A DNA stretch of 20,000 bases from an uncultured virus (IMG/VR IMGVR_UViG_3300046501_000552) (IMGVR_UViG_3300046501_000552:51393-71392); one strand, 5' to 3'; counted from the stretch's first letter, positions 1 through 9,110 are shown. Notes: generated by a model not told the origin, from the sequence alone. Numbers and translations are program-made.

Positions 1-770
1 CCGCGCGGCAAGAACTGGTTCTTGAGCAGGAAGAACTGATCGTAGAGCTGGGTGATCTGGTTCTGTACTTCCCCGCCCCCAGTGCGACCGTAGCCTTCGG
101 GCAGAATCACGTCTTCCAGTGGAATCGGAAACTCAGGAATCGGCTGTTCGCGGTTCTGCACTTCCAGATCGATCTTGCACCACTCGAAGAACCCGTCGCC
201 ATCGGGCTTGGGGAACATGTCGATTTCCCACTTCAGGTTCGTGCCGATGATCGGGAAGGTGTAGCGCACCTTGCGCATGCCTTGGGCGGCGAGGAACTTG
301 AAGATGGTGAACTCGTCCTTATTGGACGGCATGGGCAACTCAATCTTGTCGCCCTTTTCGTTCATCACGACTTTCGAGGTACGGACGAACGAGGCTTCTT
401 CTTCCTTGCCATCGAGCCAGGTCTTGCGCACGCGCATCGAGCCCTTCCCGGCGATCTTCTCGGTCTTCTCGATCCGGATTTCCCACTGTTCCTGGTTTTC
501 CTTCGACGCAGCCTGCTCGAGGTCAGAGAAGTTCACCACGCGCGCGTAGATCGTGTGCTCGATTTCGTTGACCGGCTGACCATTGGCGATTTCTTCCATG
601 GCCAGATAGGGTCGACCAATCGGGTTGTGCTCGATCACGACAGGCGGGCTCGGATACAGGTGACCGAACTCCTTGCGAAATGACATGATCAACGCGTCTT
701 CATGCGAAGGCGGTTGGTTCACGTTGATAAACGCATTCTCGAGGGCCAGTCGCATCAGTTGACGGCGCAT
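1..770 (-). CDS. CYTH / triphosphate-tunnel metalloenzyme-fold protein with a probable N-terminal propeptide (3' end runs off the window)
   Basis: Hand translation from ATG at 770 is open to position 1: MRRQLMRLALENAF...YLAMEEIANGQPVNEIEHTIYARV...QEQWEI...SMRVRK...FVRTSK...KIELPMP...GMRKVRYTF...WEIDMFP...CKIDLEV. These motifs occur in the CYTH order (ExE, RxR, TxK, KxR, xID, xLE). Absent from the ORF track because the stop codon lies outside the window. Confidence 0.75.
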   Translation of the reverse strand, partial: MRRQLMRLALENAFINVNQPPSHEDALIMSFRKEFGHLYPSPPVVIEHNPIGRPYLAMEEIANGQPVNEIEHTIYARVVNFSDLEQAASKENQEQWEIRIEKTEKIAGKGSMRVRKTWLDGKEEEASFVRTSKVVMNEKGDKIELPMPSNKDEFTIFKFLAAQGMRKVRYTFPIIGTNLKWEIDMFPKPDGDGFFEWCKIDLEVQNREQPIPEFPIPLEDVILPEGYGRTGGGEVQNQITQLYDQFFLLKNQFLPR

Positions 771-798
771 TGTATTACTCCAATTGTTACACGCTGGT

Positions 799-1290
799 TT
801 ACTCTTCTCCGCCAGTGATGACGGTAAGCACTTCTTTGGCAGTGTGCCAGAGTGCGACCAGAGCGGGGTTGTTGGCAGCATGACCTTCACGGATGGCGAC
901 CATCGCCGTAGCCCCGGTCACGATCAGGATGACAGCCGCGGCGAGCAGAAAGGCTCCCTTCATGAAGAAGATCTTCAGCTTGTGCTCTTCCTGATCCTCC
1001 GTCTCGGCCTCCGGCTTCGGTACTGGGGCACCCGGCAGGGGACCAGGAAGCTCACCGCTTGCTTGCAGGTACACATACAGCAGTTCGACTTGGTCTTCGG
1101 AGTCCATCGCGAGAATGGCCTCCTTCAACTCTCGTCCGGTTGACAGAGGTGTCATGTTCGGTAGTTCATCGACATGCGCAACCTTCTTGTTGTAGGCTTC
1201 TACCAAGACATCCACCGGCAGACGTCCTGGCTTGTGATCCGAAACCGCTCGCGTGTCGCTGATCCCCTTAAGGACGCGTTCCACTAACAT
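799..1290 (-). CDS. Membrane protein (~163 aa) with a C-terminal TM helix, next to the spanins; holin/antiholin candidate
   Basis: Likely start is ATG at 1290 (MLVERV...), preceded by AAGGGG and overlapping the end of the o-spanin. TM segment IFFMKGAFLLAAAVILIVTGATAMVAI is followed by an amphipathic helix. Function is inferred from position only. Confidence 0.6.
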   Translation of the reverse strand: MLVERVLKGISDTRAVSDHKPGRLPVDVLVEAYNKKVAHVDELPNMTPLSTGRELKEAILAMDSEDQVELLYVYLQASGELPGPLPGAPVPKPEAETEDQEEHKLKIFFMKGAFLLAAAVILIVTGATAMVAIREGHAANNPALVALWHTAKEVLTVITGGEE

Positions 1291-1600
1291 TGCTTGCCCC
1301 TTGCGGAGATGCCGCAAAGACGGCGTTGTTCTGTGTTTTCCAGTCCTGCAAGGAACTGATGTGACGATTGGCCGTGGCAACGTTTGCCGTTTGCGCATCG
1401 TACTTCGATTCCCACAGGTCGCTGCGCTGCTTCCAGGAGAGCGTGCCATAGCTCGTTTGATCAGGCGGGGCTTCCACCGTGGCCTTCACAAGCAGTGCGT
1501 CGGGTGGCGCGACGTACAGGTTCTTCAGTTCCGGTACACCGGTTTGTGCACACCCCGCCAGGCTTGCTGTCACCAGCACAGCCAGGATTGTCTTTTTCAT
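1268..1600 (-). CDS. Outer-membrane spanin (o-spanin, Rz1-like lipoprotein)
   Basis: Start ATG at 1600: MKKTILAVLVTASLAG-C is a classic signal peptide II with lipobox LAGC. Pro-rich mature N-terminus (VAPPDALL, EAPPD). Directly downstream of an i-spanin-like gene. Confidence 0.8.
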   Translation of the reverse strand: MKKTILAVLVTASLAGCAQTGVPELKNLYVAPPDALLVKATVEAPPDQTSYGTLSWKQRSDLWESKYDAQTANVATANRHISSLQDWKTQNNAVFAASPQGASNVSGTRP

Positions 1601-1616
1601 GATGGTCTCTCGCTTC

Positions 1617-2162
1617 TTACTGAGCTTGCGGCAGTGCTGTGCACTTGGCATCAGCGTTGTCAATGGCCGCACAATACTTCATCCAACTCCCCGTGAGCTG
1701 AACGGCACTTACTTCGGCGTCACGCCCCACGGGCACAACGTCACCGGCTTGATCACTGGTAATGGTCTTGACCGGCACAACTGGTTTAGGCTTAACTGTG
1801 TTCGAGGGCGTGCTTGTCGCCGACGTCGCCGGAGCGACAACACTTGTCGTCGGATTGGCGTACTTCGAATCGATCTGCTTGGTCTGGTCTGCGACCCAGG
1901 CGTCGATCTTGCTACCCGTGGCAGCCGCTGCTTGATCGGCCTTCACCGACGAAGCCACCACCGCATCGGTCACTGCAGCGGTACTCGCCTGCTGAACGAT
2001 CGTGGTTGCCTGGCCTTTGATGACCACAGCGTCTGAACCGATCTTCTGGTTATCACTGAGCACGGTGTGATACTCGTGCACCGCGAACCAGCCGAGCAGT
2101 CCGATAACCGCGATAATTGCTGCCCCGATCGCGAGTTTGATTTGCCATGTGAGGGTGCTCAT
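1617..2162 (-). CDS. Inner-membrane spanin (i-spanin, Rz-like)
   Basis: Single N-terminal TM helix (LAIGAAIIAVIGLLGWFAV), an Ala/Gln-rich helical periplasmic part, a Thr/Pro linker and two C-terminal Cys. Sits immediately upstream of the lipoprotein gene. Confidence 0.72.
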   Translation of the reverse strand: MSTLTWQIKLAIGAAIIAVIGLLGWFAVHEYHTVLSDNQKIGSDAVVIKGQATTIVQQASTAAVTDAVVASSVKADQAAAATGSKIDAWVADQTKQIDSKYANPTTSVVAPATSATSTPSNTVKPKPVVPVKTITSDQAGDVVPVGRDAEVSAVQLTGSWMKYCAAIDNADAKCTALPQAQ

Positions 2163-2737
2163 CTGTGTTGCTCCCGTAGGATTTTAAGTCGACAGTACGC
2201 CACGGCGAGCGCGTCGATCGAGTGCTCATCCAGCATCTCAAGCGCAACCGGTCCGTTATAGTTTAAATCCGGTAGACGCATCAGTGCTGCCTTGACTTCA
2301 TCCTTCTTGGCGTGTGAGGTTGCCCCCACGGCCTTCTTGACGCTGGGCGGGTCGATCATAAAGAGCGACAGCCAGCAGTCGTATCGCCATAAGGCACTCC
2401 GGATCGCATCGACAGTCTCTGTCAATGCGCCGTATGCCTGAGGTCGAAATTGACTGTAAAACGGAGACTCTGATGCAACCAGGTTAGGACGGTAATACTC
2501 GAAGATTTCCACCAGGTTATCTTCGTGGGCTGCAATACGCTCAGCCCGTGCACCATGGGTGTCGCCAAACCAGGTGTCTTTCGCCAGTTTCGACCCGACG
2601 AAAGTAAACGCAGTGCTCTCGATGATTTCGAGCTTCACTACGTCTACTCTCAAGGCACCCATTCCAAGTGTCTCGCTCCCAGGGTCGATACCGACGATGC
2701 ATCCGATGGGGGATGCACCTTCCGGTATTACTAACAT
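2159..2737 (-). CDS. ruvC: RuvC-like Holliday junction resolvase
   Basis: RuvC catalytic motifs: IVGIDPGS (D), VASESPF (E), PPSVKKAVG...AKKDEV, and DEHSIDALAVA (D..D). 192 aa. Confidence 0.9.
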   Translation of the reverse strand: MLVIPEGASPIGCIVGIDPGSETLGMGALRVDVVKLEIIESTAFTFVGSKLAKDTWFGDTHGARAERIAAHEDNLVEIFEYYRPNLVASESPFYSQFRPQAYGALTETVDAIRSALWRYDCWLSLFMIDPPSVKKAVGATSHAKKDEVKAALMRLPDLNYNGPVALEMLDEHSIDALAVAYCRLKILREQHR

Positions 2738-2746
2738 GCCTTAGCC

Positions 2747-3631
2747 TCAGCTGGTGGTAGTCTGCGAACCCGATGTCGTGCCCGTCCCGGAGGTGAGCTT
2801 GTACAGGGGTTCCACCGCGCCACAGTCGACCACGTTCTCGACGCCGTCCTGGCTAAAGTTCAGCGCATAGAAGGTGTTGATAAACGTGTCCACTTGCGCG
2901 GCGATGACTTCCTTGAAGTTGAACGTGGGTTGCCCCGACCCACCCACTGCAATGACCTTGTCCACGCCGGAGACCAGCGCAATTTCGGAAACGATCGCAG
3001 CGTTCGGATCACCATAAATGATGTTAGCGACGTTCAAAATTTCCGTGACGTCATCGGCGGTGAGCGTAATCGGTACCGGCGCCGAGGCCATTACGTAGTC
3101 GCCAGTGGCCACATTCACGCCGGTGGGCGAGAGGGCTTGCGGGTTCGGATTCAGATTCGACGTATCGGGCTGGAACGGCGTGGTGGTGACCGAGCCATCC
3201 GCATTAACCGTCTTGTACTGCATCGAAACCGCTACACCCGTAAAGTCGATGCGCTTCAGGTAGTAGGCGATGTAGTTGACGCCGTTGTGCGTTTCCGCCA
3301 CGCGCAGACCGTACGCGGCTTGTTGGGCCGACGTCAAATCGTTGGTGGGTTCACGCAGCACGAACGGCAGGTGGTTGTAGAGCGCTGCGTCGGTCGTCAA
3401 GTGCTGGATCGGCTCAGGGATGTACAACCCATTGGTGATGTTCAGCTTGTGACCACCATTACCGATCGCAAAGTAACGGCAGGTCGGCAGCACCCCGGAG
3501 TTGGGCAGAACGCCCGGCTGCACTTGAAACTTTTCATTCAGCGTGCTGTTGGTAGCCAGTGCAAACGGCAGCCCCAAGAGCTGGCACGACTGCAGATAGC
3601 TGCCGTACACGGTGCGTACGATATTGTCCAT
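2747..3631 (-). CDS. Conserved phiKZ-like virion structural protein (294 aa)
   Basis: Clean ORF with motifs NSTLNEKF, YFAIGNGGH, HLPFVLR, YIAYYLKRID and SEIALVSGVDK, recalled from the structural gene that precedes RuvC in phiKZ-like phages (not searched). Confidence 0.7.
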   Translation of the reverse strand: MDNIVRTVYGSYLQSCQLLGLPFALATNSTLNEKFQVQPGVLPNSGVLPTCRYFAIGNGGHKLNITNGLYIPEPIQHLTTDAALYNHLPFVLREPTNDLTSAQQAAYGLRVAETHNGVNYIAYYLKRIDFTGVAVSMQYKTVNADGSVTTTPFQPDTSNLNPNPQALSPTGVNVATGDYVMASAPVPITLTADDVTEILNVANIIYGDPNAAIVSEIALVSGVDKVIAVGGSGQPTFNFKEVIAAQVDTFINTFYALNFSQDGVENVVDCGAVEPLYKLTSGTGTTSGSQTTTS

Positions 3632-3697
3632 TCTCTTACCTGAAAAAGGGTGTCACAGATTACTTAATCACACTATTTGCGATCAATTGGCCCGTGC

Positions 3698-6058
3698 TTA
3701 AAAGCCATCGAGGTCGAGCTGTGGAATGACGTTAATCGTTCCATCGGGCTGGTGGTAAATCAGACCGGTGAGATAGCCGGTACGAATTACGCTCGACAGC
3801 ATCGTCGTTTGGTTATCCGGCACCGTGGGTTGGAAGTCATTGCCCCAGATGTCCGTGATCTTTTGCTGCTCGCCTGCAGGCAGATTCAGCCAGTTACACA
3901 AGCCCGGTACCACAATCGCCTGGCTGGGGTTAGGCGCCGCGCACTCGCAGTCGTGCATCCTAAAGCGCACCTTACCTGCATTGAGGAAGGTGTGCTGCAC
4001 GTTGCTGCTGACTTCGTGCCACGGATTCTTGATCGCCAGTTTCACGTGGTTGGCCATGGACACATGTCGATCATGGATCGGCGTGTACTTGGTCACCTGG
4101 TTCTCCAGCGAATTCTTGAAGTGCGGGTGTTGATCGAGCGCCCGCACACCAAGATCCGTTGCATCCATCTCATTGGCCTGATGACCGCGCGCATCCCCGA
4201 CCCGAATCGCGGCCCACTCACCCGGCACGATGGTCGAATCGTTAATGGTCGACATGAATTGAATCGAGTAGCTCGAGAGCTGCTCCATCATGCCAATCAT
4301 CGCCTTCTGGATGTTCGCTACGCTCGGCGTCGTGATGAGATCCTGACCCGTGGCGTGAGCGACGATCTCCGCGTAGAGTGAACCCCACTCGGTTTGCGTG
4401 AATGCCGCCACGTCCAGGTTGCGCGCTGCAAACCAAGCCGAGTAGTTATCCCCCGGATCAGCGACGTAGCACAAATTGTCGCTCCACAAGAGTGAGGTGG
4501 CGTTCTTCACATAGCCACGCACTTCCATGTGTTCCTGGTACGACACCAGGCCGTCTTGCTGATTGGCTGCGGTATAGATCTGCTGACACAGGCTATAGAA
4601 CGCTTCGGTCGAGAGGAAGGTCGATGACGGCTTGATCAACGGCATCAAGTCATGGATCTCCTGCAACGTCGCTCGATCCACCTTGCTCATGTCACACACT
4701 GCTGCCATCGCGTCGACACTGGGCGTCGGCAAGCGTGGCACGCGCTGCGCGAACATCGGTGGGATCACATCCAGCGTAATCCCAATCGAAGCGTTAAGCG
4801 CATACCAGGCCAGACAGAACGCATCCTTCGCAAACAAGGGTACCGTTTCACCGGTGGCTGGATTGGTGAACTGCACGGCCGAGTTGTAATACCCGAGACT
4901 TGAGAGCCACAACCAGTTATTGACCAGGATCTCAGAGAGCGGATACTTGACGCTACCCGTGTAGTCGATCATCGACGACTCAAGCGCCTTGGTCGGCAAC
5001 TCATTGGAGAGCGAATTTTGCATCGCCTCCAGAATCTTCGGCTCGTAGTCGCCCTCGTACTTCTCATTGTCGCGCGCAACGGGCCGTTCCTTGATCAGCA
5101 TCTCGTCCAAGGTGATCTCGTTGATGCTATCCAGGTTGTAGCCCAGATTGACCGGATCGCGCGTAAACGTAATGGTCGGATAGAGATCCGTGGGCATCTG
5201 AGACACGTCATGGCGCATGGTGTACTTTGCCAGGGGCAAATTACGCTCGGTCATGATATGGTCCACGAGCCACTCGAAGATCTCCGACTGCCCGGCGTTA
5301 CGCTCCAGGTAGTTGATGTTCCGATATAGCTCGAGCGACTGCTTGGTCGTCAGCTGATCGAGGTACAGATCCAGCAGGCCATGACTCAGGAGGTACTGAC
5401 GCACGTGAAAGCTATGCGCCTCATTAGTCTTGCAAGCTTCCAGGCGCAGCGACAAAATCACCTGCGGCAGCAACGCGTACATGATCCCCAGGGTGAAGGG
5501 GGTATACATGTCGTCTGAGACCGTGTAGGCGAGATTCACCCAGCGCGTTTTGAATCCATCGATCCAGCGCTGCAGCTTGTCGATGAGGCTGTACTCATTG
5601 AATTCGACCAGGCTGCTCGGGTAGGCCAAGATCTTCCCATCGGCGGCGCTGATGGCATCGTCGATGTCAACCGGATTCAAGATCCCGTTGATGAGAGTGA
5701 CCTGGGTCGGATACTGGGCCACCAGCGCCAGATAGTCACGTTGGCCAAACTGGTAGGCCTTGGCAGTGGCGCGGTGTAGCGCCAGATTCTCGACCGTGAA
5801 TTCGATCGTTTCTAGCGTATCCATCGAGACGACATACATCATCGTGTCGGCGAAGTGATACTGGCCAGACAAATTCATATAGTAGCGCCACGTCGTGGGG
5901 TCCAGGTCATTGACCTGATCTGCCCCATACACGCCGCTGATATACGTGTTGATTGCATCAGCCGTGGCTGACGACTTGACGACAATGTATCGGGCCAACG
6001 CGAGTACACTGTCGAGATAGACCTGATACTGATTCGAGGTACTAGTTGTCGCGGCCAT
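3698..6058 (-). CDS. Large phiKZ-like virion structural protein (786 aa; baseplate-type role tentative)
   Basis: Long ORF with RBS AAGGGG, divergent from the portal gene as in phiKZ-like phages. Motifs WRYYMNLSGQYH, CKTNEAHSFHVRQYL, LYRNINYLERNAG and LSSYSIQF. Confidence 0.7.
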   Translation of the reverse strand: MAATTSTSNQYQVYLDSVLALARYIVVKSSATADAINTYISGVYGADQVNDLDPTTWRYYMNLSGQYHFADTMMYVVSMDTLETIEFTVENLALHRATAKAYQFGQRDYLALVAQYPTQVTLINGILNPVDIDDAISAADGKILAYPSSLVEFNEYSLIDKLQRWIDGFKTRWVNLAYTVSDDMYTPFTLGIMYALLPQVILSLRLEACKTNEAHSFHVRQYLLSHGLLDLYLDQLTTKQSLELYRNINYLERNAGQSEIFEWLVDHIMTERNLPLAKYTMRHDVSQMPTDLYPTITFTRDPVNLGYNLDSINEITLDEMLIKERPVARDNEKYEGDYEPKILEAMQNSLSNELPTKALESSMIDYTGSVKYPLSEILVNNWLWLSSLGYYNSAVQFTNPATGETVPLFAKDAFCLAWYALNASIGITLDVIPPMFAQRVPRLPTPSVDAMAAVCDMSKVDRATLQEIHDLMPLIKPSSTFLSTEAFYSLCQQIYTAANQQDGLVSYQEHMEVRGYVKNATSLLWSDNLCYVADPGDNYSAWFAARNLDVAAFTQTEWGSLYAEIVAHATGQDLITTPSVANIQKAMIGMMEQLSSYSIQFMSTINDSTIVPGEWAAIRVGDARGHQANEMDATDLGVRALDQHPHFKNSLENQVTKYTPIHDRHVSMANHVKLAIKNPWHEVSSNVQHTFLNAGKVRFRMHDCECAAPNPSQAIVVPGLCNWLNLPAGEQQKITDIWGNDFQPTVPDNQTTMLSSVIRTGYLTGLIYHQPDGTINVIPQLDLDGF

Positions 6059-6126
6059 AACGGCGCCCCTTATTTCAATAACATGCAGTCCTTGTTTTTC
6101 AAGGGCTATCTTTCGTTGAGGTTCAA
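6059..6126. promoter_or_regulatory. Short divergent intergenic region between the structural gene and the portal gene
   Basis: 68-bp, relatively AT-rich gap between back-to-back start codons, with RBS-like GAGG (+) and AAGGGG (-). Divergent promoters are expected nearby, but the exact elements were not identified. Confidence 0.45.
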
Positions 6127-8991
6127 ATGTCCAAAGCGTTGAAGGAAGCCATTGCGCTTGCTGGCAGTGGCAAACGCTACTCGGCGATGTCCCTGGTTCG
6201 TCAAGACCCAGGCATGGCCGCCACCATCAGCAAGATGGTCCATGGCAAAACGCCTCCCCGGTACGACAGCTCTGGAAACATGACGACGGACAATCCGTCG
6301 ATCCAGGCATTGAAGAACGTCTCGGATAATACGGTTCAAAACATCTCGGACGCACAGACTGTGCTCCAGACGTTGCCTGAACTCGAACTGGCGATCCAGA
6401 TCCTCGTGTCCTCGGTACTTTCACCGAAAGACATGATGACCGTGGAGCTGACATATAAAGCTCCGGAGAACCTGGTCCCGCCGGAAGTGAACACGGCAAT
6501 GACCAATCGTGTTCGCGTCCATTTTGAACAGAACTATAAAATAAAGCAGGTCCTTCCTCGGATGCTGCGTGACGTTCTGGCTGAGACGGGCTCGTATCCG
6601 GTCGCGGTGATTCCCGAGAACTCGATTGACGATGTGATCAACTCCAATCGTAAAGTGTCGATGGAGTCGCTCGTCGAGCACTTTCACAACGATGGTCGGA
6701 TTAAGCCGCTGGGTCTGCTCGGTCCGGTCACCAAGACCAAGCCCACGCAAGTGCGTCAGGGTGCCGCACTCTCGATGGAGTCGCTCGAGACGTTCAAGTT
6801 CGACACGACCTATCGCACCGATGTGACGCTTGAGAAAGCGTTCGATAACGTCGCGCAGGAAACCTATACGACGGTGACCGATAACCCGTCGTTGCTCAAG
6901 GTGCCAATGCTGCACCAGAAGATCCGCGAAAGCCGGGTGATGGATCTGTTGGGTGCCCGTAACGGTCTGTCGCGCGGGATGAAGCTGGCGAGCGAAGCGT
7001 ACGGCGCGCAGAACCCGACGCATCAGGTGCAACAGCATAAGCCCAATGACCGGGAACTGGCGGGGATGATCTATCGGGATCGCAACTACCAGTACAAACC
7101 GATCACTACGCTGAAAACCCAAGAGCAGCTTAATCGCCGCACGGTGGGTGCGCCGCTCATCATGCACTTGCCCTCGGAAGCGGTGATTCCGGTGTTTGTG
7201 CCGGGTAACGTTGAGCAGCACGTGGGCTTCTTCATTCTGATCGATGAAGACGGTCACCCGATCCAGCGTATTGCCGACATCGATTACTACCAGCAACTGA
7301 ACGCGCGGATGAATTCCGGTGGTTCGTTCCCTTCGGCCATGCTGCAAAAGGTCAAGGCGAACATGCAGGGGTTCGATAACACCAATAACGCCCACCTCGA
7401 TTACTCGGCACGCGTGTACGGTGAAATGATCGAGCAGGATCTGCTCGCTCGCCTGCGTAATGGCGTGTACGGCAACGGCGTGGCACTGGCTAAGCGCGAA
7501 GAAGTGTACCGCATCATGTTTGCACGAGCGCTCGCTAAGCAACACACGCAGCTGCTCTTCATGCCGATCGAGTTCATGACGTACTTCGCGCTGCGCTATA
7601 ACGGCGACGGCATGGGTAAGTCGATGCTCGATGACTTGAAGATCATCAATTCGCTGCGCTCGATGCTCTTGTTTGCCAACGTGATGGCGGCCGTCAAGAA
7701 CTCGATGGGTCGCACCGAGGTCAAGATCAAGATGGATGAGCACGATCCTGATCCGCAGAAGACCTTTGAGCGCGTGGTGCATGAAATCTTGCGCAGCCGT
7801 CAGCAAGCATTCCCGGTGGGCACCAACTCGCCGATGGACATCGTTGACTGGGTGCAGCGTGCGGGCTTTGAGTTTGTACCGGAAGGTCATCCTGGACTCC
7901 CGGACATGACGGTGGAGTTTGGGGAAAAGAACACCAGCTACGTGAAGCCTGATACGGAGCTCGATGATGATCTGCGTAAGCGCTCGATCATGGGCCTGGG
8001 TCTTACGCCGCAGTCCGTTGATGCGGCCTTCGAAGCGGAGTTCGCCACCTCGGTCCTGACTAACAACATCCTCTTGTCCAAGCGGGTGATGAACATTCAA
8101 GAAGTGATTGAGCCGCAACTGGCCGATCACGTGCGTAAGGTCATGATGAACGATGAAGAGCTCGTTCGTGATCTGCGGGCGATTCTGGAGGCGAGCGCCG
8201 ATAAGCTGCTTGAGCGCTTGAAGAAGCAAGACGAGGCCCATAAGGACGATCCGACGTACCGCTCGCATCTGGGCGGTCAGCCGAAGGAATTGGTGATTCA
8301 GCAGCTCCTGTACGACTTTGTGATGGGCCTGGAAGTCAGCCTGCCGAAGCCGAACAGCGTGACGCTGGAGAACCAGCTGGCGGCAATGGATACGTACTCG
8401 AAGTCGCTCGATCAGGGGCTCGACTACTACATCTCGACGAACTTCCTCACGTCCGACACCGCGGGCGATCTCGGTAACTACGCGGGTTCGCTCAAGGAGA
8501 TGGCCAAGGCCTACTTCATGCGTAAGTGGATGGGTGAGAATGGCGTGCTGCCGGAGCTCTCCGATCTGAACACGCTCGACGATGACGGCAAGCCGAAGCT
8601 CAACCTGTGGGACGCGTTCCAGGATCACACCAGCAACATGATCCTGAGCATGGACCACTTCATGAACGGCATGAAGCCGATCAAGGATGCAGCGGGGCTA
8701 AACAACGCCAAGCGTCAAGCAACCGACCAGAACAGCGGTGGGATGGGAGGCGGGATGGGTGACATGGGTGGCGGCAGCATGGGTGGCGGCATGTCCATGG
8801 GTGGTGACACCGGTTTGGGTGGGTTGGGTGGCGGTGATGACTTTGGGGGCGGTGGTTTCAACATGGGTGGTGCAGGGGGCGGTGACGATCCCTTTAACCT
8901 CGGTGGCGGAGCCAGCACGACCGATGAGTCGCCTTTGAATCCGGAAGATGACAAGCCGGAAGATCAGGGTGCTGCAGAACCGCAAGTCTAA
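6127..8991 (+). CDS. Portal protein, phiKZ gp129-like (954 aa)
   Basis: Size and opposite orientation between the nvRNAP block and the structural/RuvC block match phiKZ-like synteny. Motifs LPELELAIQILVSSVLSP, GSYPVAVIPE, HLPSEAVIPVFVPG, FFILIDEDGHP and FATSVLTNNILLSKRV. Candidate prohead-protease sites SME/SME/ASE and a disordered Gly/acidic C-tail. Confidence 0.8.
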   Translation: MSKALKEAIALAGSGKRYSAMSLVRQDPGMAATISKMVHGKTPPRYDSSGNMTTDNPSIQALKNVSDNTVQNISDAQTVLQTLPELELAIQILVSSVLSPKDMMTVELTYKAPENLVPPEVNTAMTNRVRVHFEQNYKIKQVLPRMLRDVLAETGSYPVAVIPENSIDDVINSNRKVSMESLVEHFHNDGRIKPLGLLGPVTKTKPTQVRQGAALSMESLETFKFDTTYRTDVTLEKAFDNVAQETYTTVTDNPSLLKVPMLHQKIRESRVMDLLGARNGLSRGMKLASEAYGAQNPTHQVQQHKPNDRELAGMIYRDRNYQYKPITTLKTQEQLNRRTVGAPLIMHLPSEAVIPVFVPGNVEQHVGFFILIDEDGHPIQRIADIDYYQQLNARMNSGGSFPSAMLQKVKANMQGFDNTNNAHLDYSARVYGEMIEQDLLARLRNGVYGNGVALAKREEVYRIMFARALAKQHTQLLFMPIEFMTYFALRYNGDGMGKSMLDDLKIINSLRSMLLFANVMAAVKNSMGRTEVKIKMDEHDPDPQKTFERVVHEILRSRQQAFPVGTNSPMDIVDWVQRAGFEFVPEGHPGLPDMTVEFGEKNTSYVKPDTELDDDLRKRSIMGLGLTPQSVDAAFEAEFATSVLTNNILLSKRVMNIQEVIEPQLADHVRKVMMNDEELVRDLRAILEASADKLLERLKKQDEAHKDDPTYRSHLGGQPKELVIQQLLYDFVMGLEVSLPKPNSVTLENQLAAMDTYSKSLDQGLDYYISTNFLTSDTAGDLGNYAGSLKEMAKAYFMRKWMGENGVLPELSDLNTLDDDGKPKLNLWDAFQDHTSNMILSMDHFMNGMKPIKDAAGLNNAKRQATDQNSGGMGGGMGDMGGGSMGGGMSMGGDTGLGGLGGGDDFGGGGFNMGGAGGGDDPFNLGGGASTTDESPLNPEDDKPEDQGAAEPQV
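8737..8910 (+). repeat. Gly/Met-rich low-complexity coding repeat in the portal C-terminus
   Basis: Encodes GGMGGGMGDMGGGSMGGGMSMGGDTGLGGLGGGDDFGGGGFNMGGAGGGDDPFNLGGG through repeated GGT/GGC/ATG codons. Confidence 0.9.
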
Positions 8992-8995
8992 GACC

Positions 8996-9047
8996 AAAAA
9001 AAAAGAGCGTCATAAGCCCCCAGGCTTTCGCCTGGGGGTCTATGCCG
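8996..9047 (-). terminator. Intrinsic terminator between convergent genes (possibly bidirectional)
   Basis: Minus strand reads CGGCATAGA-CCCCCAGGC-GAAA-GCCTGGGGG-CTTATGACGCTC-TTTTTTTTT: a perfect 9-bp stem with a GAAA loop, then a T9 tract. Confidence 0.85.
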
Positions 9048-9110
9048 TCTTTAAGACGTGTCGAGCACGCCGTTTGGATTTGTTATTATTGGCCCCATCG
9101 CACGGCCCCG

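Noticed and set aside
771..778. TGTATTAC resembling the phiKZ early promoter TATATTAC
   Set aside because: One mismatch, and it is on the plus strand facing antisense to the local genes. It coincides with the RBS region of the CYTH gene.
1291..1449. ORF-track N-terminal extension of the 799-1449 ORF; similarly 1601-1672 and 12892-12951
   Set aside because: The extensions overlap neighbouring genes or a hairpin. Downstream ATGs have an RBS or give the proper signal peptide or paralog alignment.
271..5329. Many short plus-strand ORFs over the lysis and structural genes
   Set aside because: All overlap better-supported minus-strand genes on the opposite strand.
6421..8658. 745-aa ORF antisense to the portal
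   Set aside because: Shadow frame of a codon-biased GC-rich gene. Its composition is rich in H/R/V/L with no motifs, and it lies fully inside the portal CDS.
8698..8997. Pro-rich minus-strand ORFs over the portal 3' end
   Set aside because: Simply the reverse complement of the Gly-codon repeats.
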